Below, piece by piece: positions 48,135-49,133 of a DNA stretch of 49,133 nt. Below the pieces are notes generated by a model, which was given only the letters and a program-made list of their open reading frames with translations, did no database searches and had not been told where the DNA came from. Made by a program: the position numbers and the translations under genes. Each line of letters opens with the position of its first letter. The stretch's first letter is position 1. This stretch comes from Chlamydiota bacterium (GTDB lineage: Bacteria; Chlamydiota; Chlamydiia; Chlamydiales; SM23-39). The DNA lies in NCBI GenBank assembly GCA_050049995.1, contig JASFVE010000003.1, forward strand, positions 1-49,133. The letters are read 5' to 3'.

Positions 48135-49133
48135 ATGACCTCAGCCTTAACAATAAAACAGCGCGAACCACTTCATATATCCTCTATTGCAAGCGACGAT
48201 AACCCCGAAAATCCTTTTTATACGACTAAACTACCGATAGAAGCATTTAGATATATATCTGAACTTATACCAGAAAACCTTTCCTTTCTACCCACAGCTG
48301 TCTCCATCCTCAAAAAAGAAGGATTGAGTGAAAAAGCAAAAAAAGTTGCATCTATTGCAATAGAAAATTTAACAAGAAGCTCAAAAAATGAACTTTTAGC
48401 TCCTGGATCTTTGGAAGCTATTACACAGCTTGGGAATTTATTAACTGAACTTGGAAACGCAAGAGATGGGCAAAAAATTTTACATTTAGCTGATAATATC
48501 CGTTCAAGATCTGAACATAGCACTGCTTCTGCAATAGATAGAGAGTTAGAAAATTTACAAAATATAGAAAACTCTTTTGCAGCAAACCTAACTAATTCAG
48601 AACTAAAAGCCTTATTTTTAGAACAGTCTCAAAAGTATTGCCAAAAATTAACTCTTAGCCAAAGTAATTTAAGAGTCTTAAGCAACCATTATGAGCTAGG
48701 GTTTGCTCAAGTTGATATTGAAGATAAGATATTCAGACTTATTGCTACTCTTACCGGCTCTGGCACTTCATACATTGTACAAGTTGTTTGTGAAAATGAT
48801 CCCTCTCTTAATATACATAAAGGCGAAATGGCTTCATTCTTTAATGTTGTTCCACCCGAATGGCATGAAAAAATTCTTGAAAGATTAACTCCTCAAAATA
48901 GAAGTTTTCTTCATGAGAAAATTGAATTAATAAATAAGGATGTAGACCATATTGAGTATCTTGGAAAAAGTATTTCTCAAGGGATTATTGAAAGTCTTGA
49001 GCTTTCAAAAAATGATCTAAATGAAATTCAAAACTACACAACTTTATCTGGAGGTGGCTTTTATAAGCTAAAAGTCGATAATGAAGAATTTTCCTTACAT
49101 GTACGAACTACCTTCTTTTCTAATCACGATTCA
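48135..49133 (+). CDS. hypothetical protein, partial (runs off window); weak F-box-like and TPR-like N-terminus
   Basis: Not in the ORF track because no stop is reached. Manual translation from ATG 48135 is open for 333 codons: MTSALTIKQREPLHISSIASDDNPENPFYTTKLPIEAFRYISELIPE...LEAITQLGNLLTELGNARDGQKILHLA... Confidence 0.75.
   Translation, partial: MTSALTIKQREPLHISSIASDDNPENPFYTTKLPIEAFRYISELIPENLSFLPTAVSILKKEGLSEKAKKVASIAIENLTRSSKNELLAPGSLEAITQLGNLLTELGNARDGQKILHLADNIRSRSEHSTASAIDRELENLQNIENSFAANLTNSELKALFLEQSQKYCQKLTLSQSNLRVLSNHYELGFAQVDIEDKIFRLIATLTGSGTSYIVQVVCENDPSLNIHKGEMASFFNVVPPEWHEKILERLTPQNRSFLHEKIELINKDVDHIEYLGKSISQGIIESLELSKNDLNEIQNYTTLSGGGFYKLKVDNEEFSLHVRTTFFSNHDS

Noticed and set aside
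48218-48888. Track ORFs 48218..48523(-) and 48703..48888(+)
   Set aside because: Both lie within the longer open frame starting at 48135(+), which is the more plausible gene.
29545-49133. Prophage or intact integrative element covering the accessory half
   Set aside because: No integrase, intact transposase, phage structural or conjugation genes are recognisable, and I found no further att copy beyond 32154.

Overview
AT-rich bacterial chromosomal segment, almost certainly from an environmental member of the phylum Chlamydiae. This is inferred from gene order (DUF2764–V-type ATPase E–CT311/CT312-like–tal–rpoC–rpoB–rplL/J/A/K–nusG–secE–tRNA-Trp–tuf–tRNA-Thr–infA–sufE, and HIT–MYG1–LOG-like–DUF1207) and from the protein sequences. 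Positions 1-29.5 kb are mostly core genome, with two interruptions: a triad of small paralogous exported membrane peptides, and a 731-aa effector-like gene carrying two RVxF motifs and an internal duplication. From the tRNA(CAT) at 29471 onward the window is accessory. It contains a ~2.6-kb islet bounded by a degenerate copy of the tRNA 3' half, an EEP pseudogene facing away from an EEP protein split by an inserted HIT-like domain, a P3A-type H+-ATPase and a CPBP protease. It also holds a two-gene mini biosynthetic unit (L-threonine-transaldolase-like PLP enzyme plus an ATP-grasp/SAM-methyltransferase fusion) and a run of effector-like genes (kinase-like, F-box/TPR-like). All calls rest on motif reading and recalled family knowledge; no searches were run.
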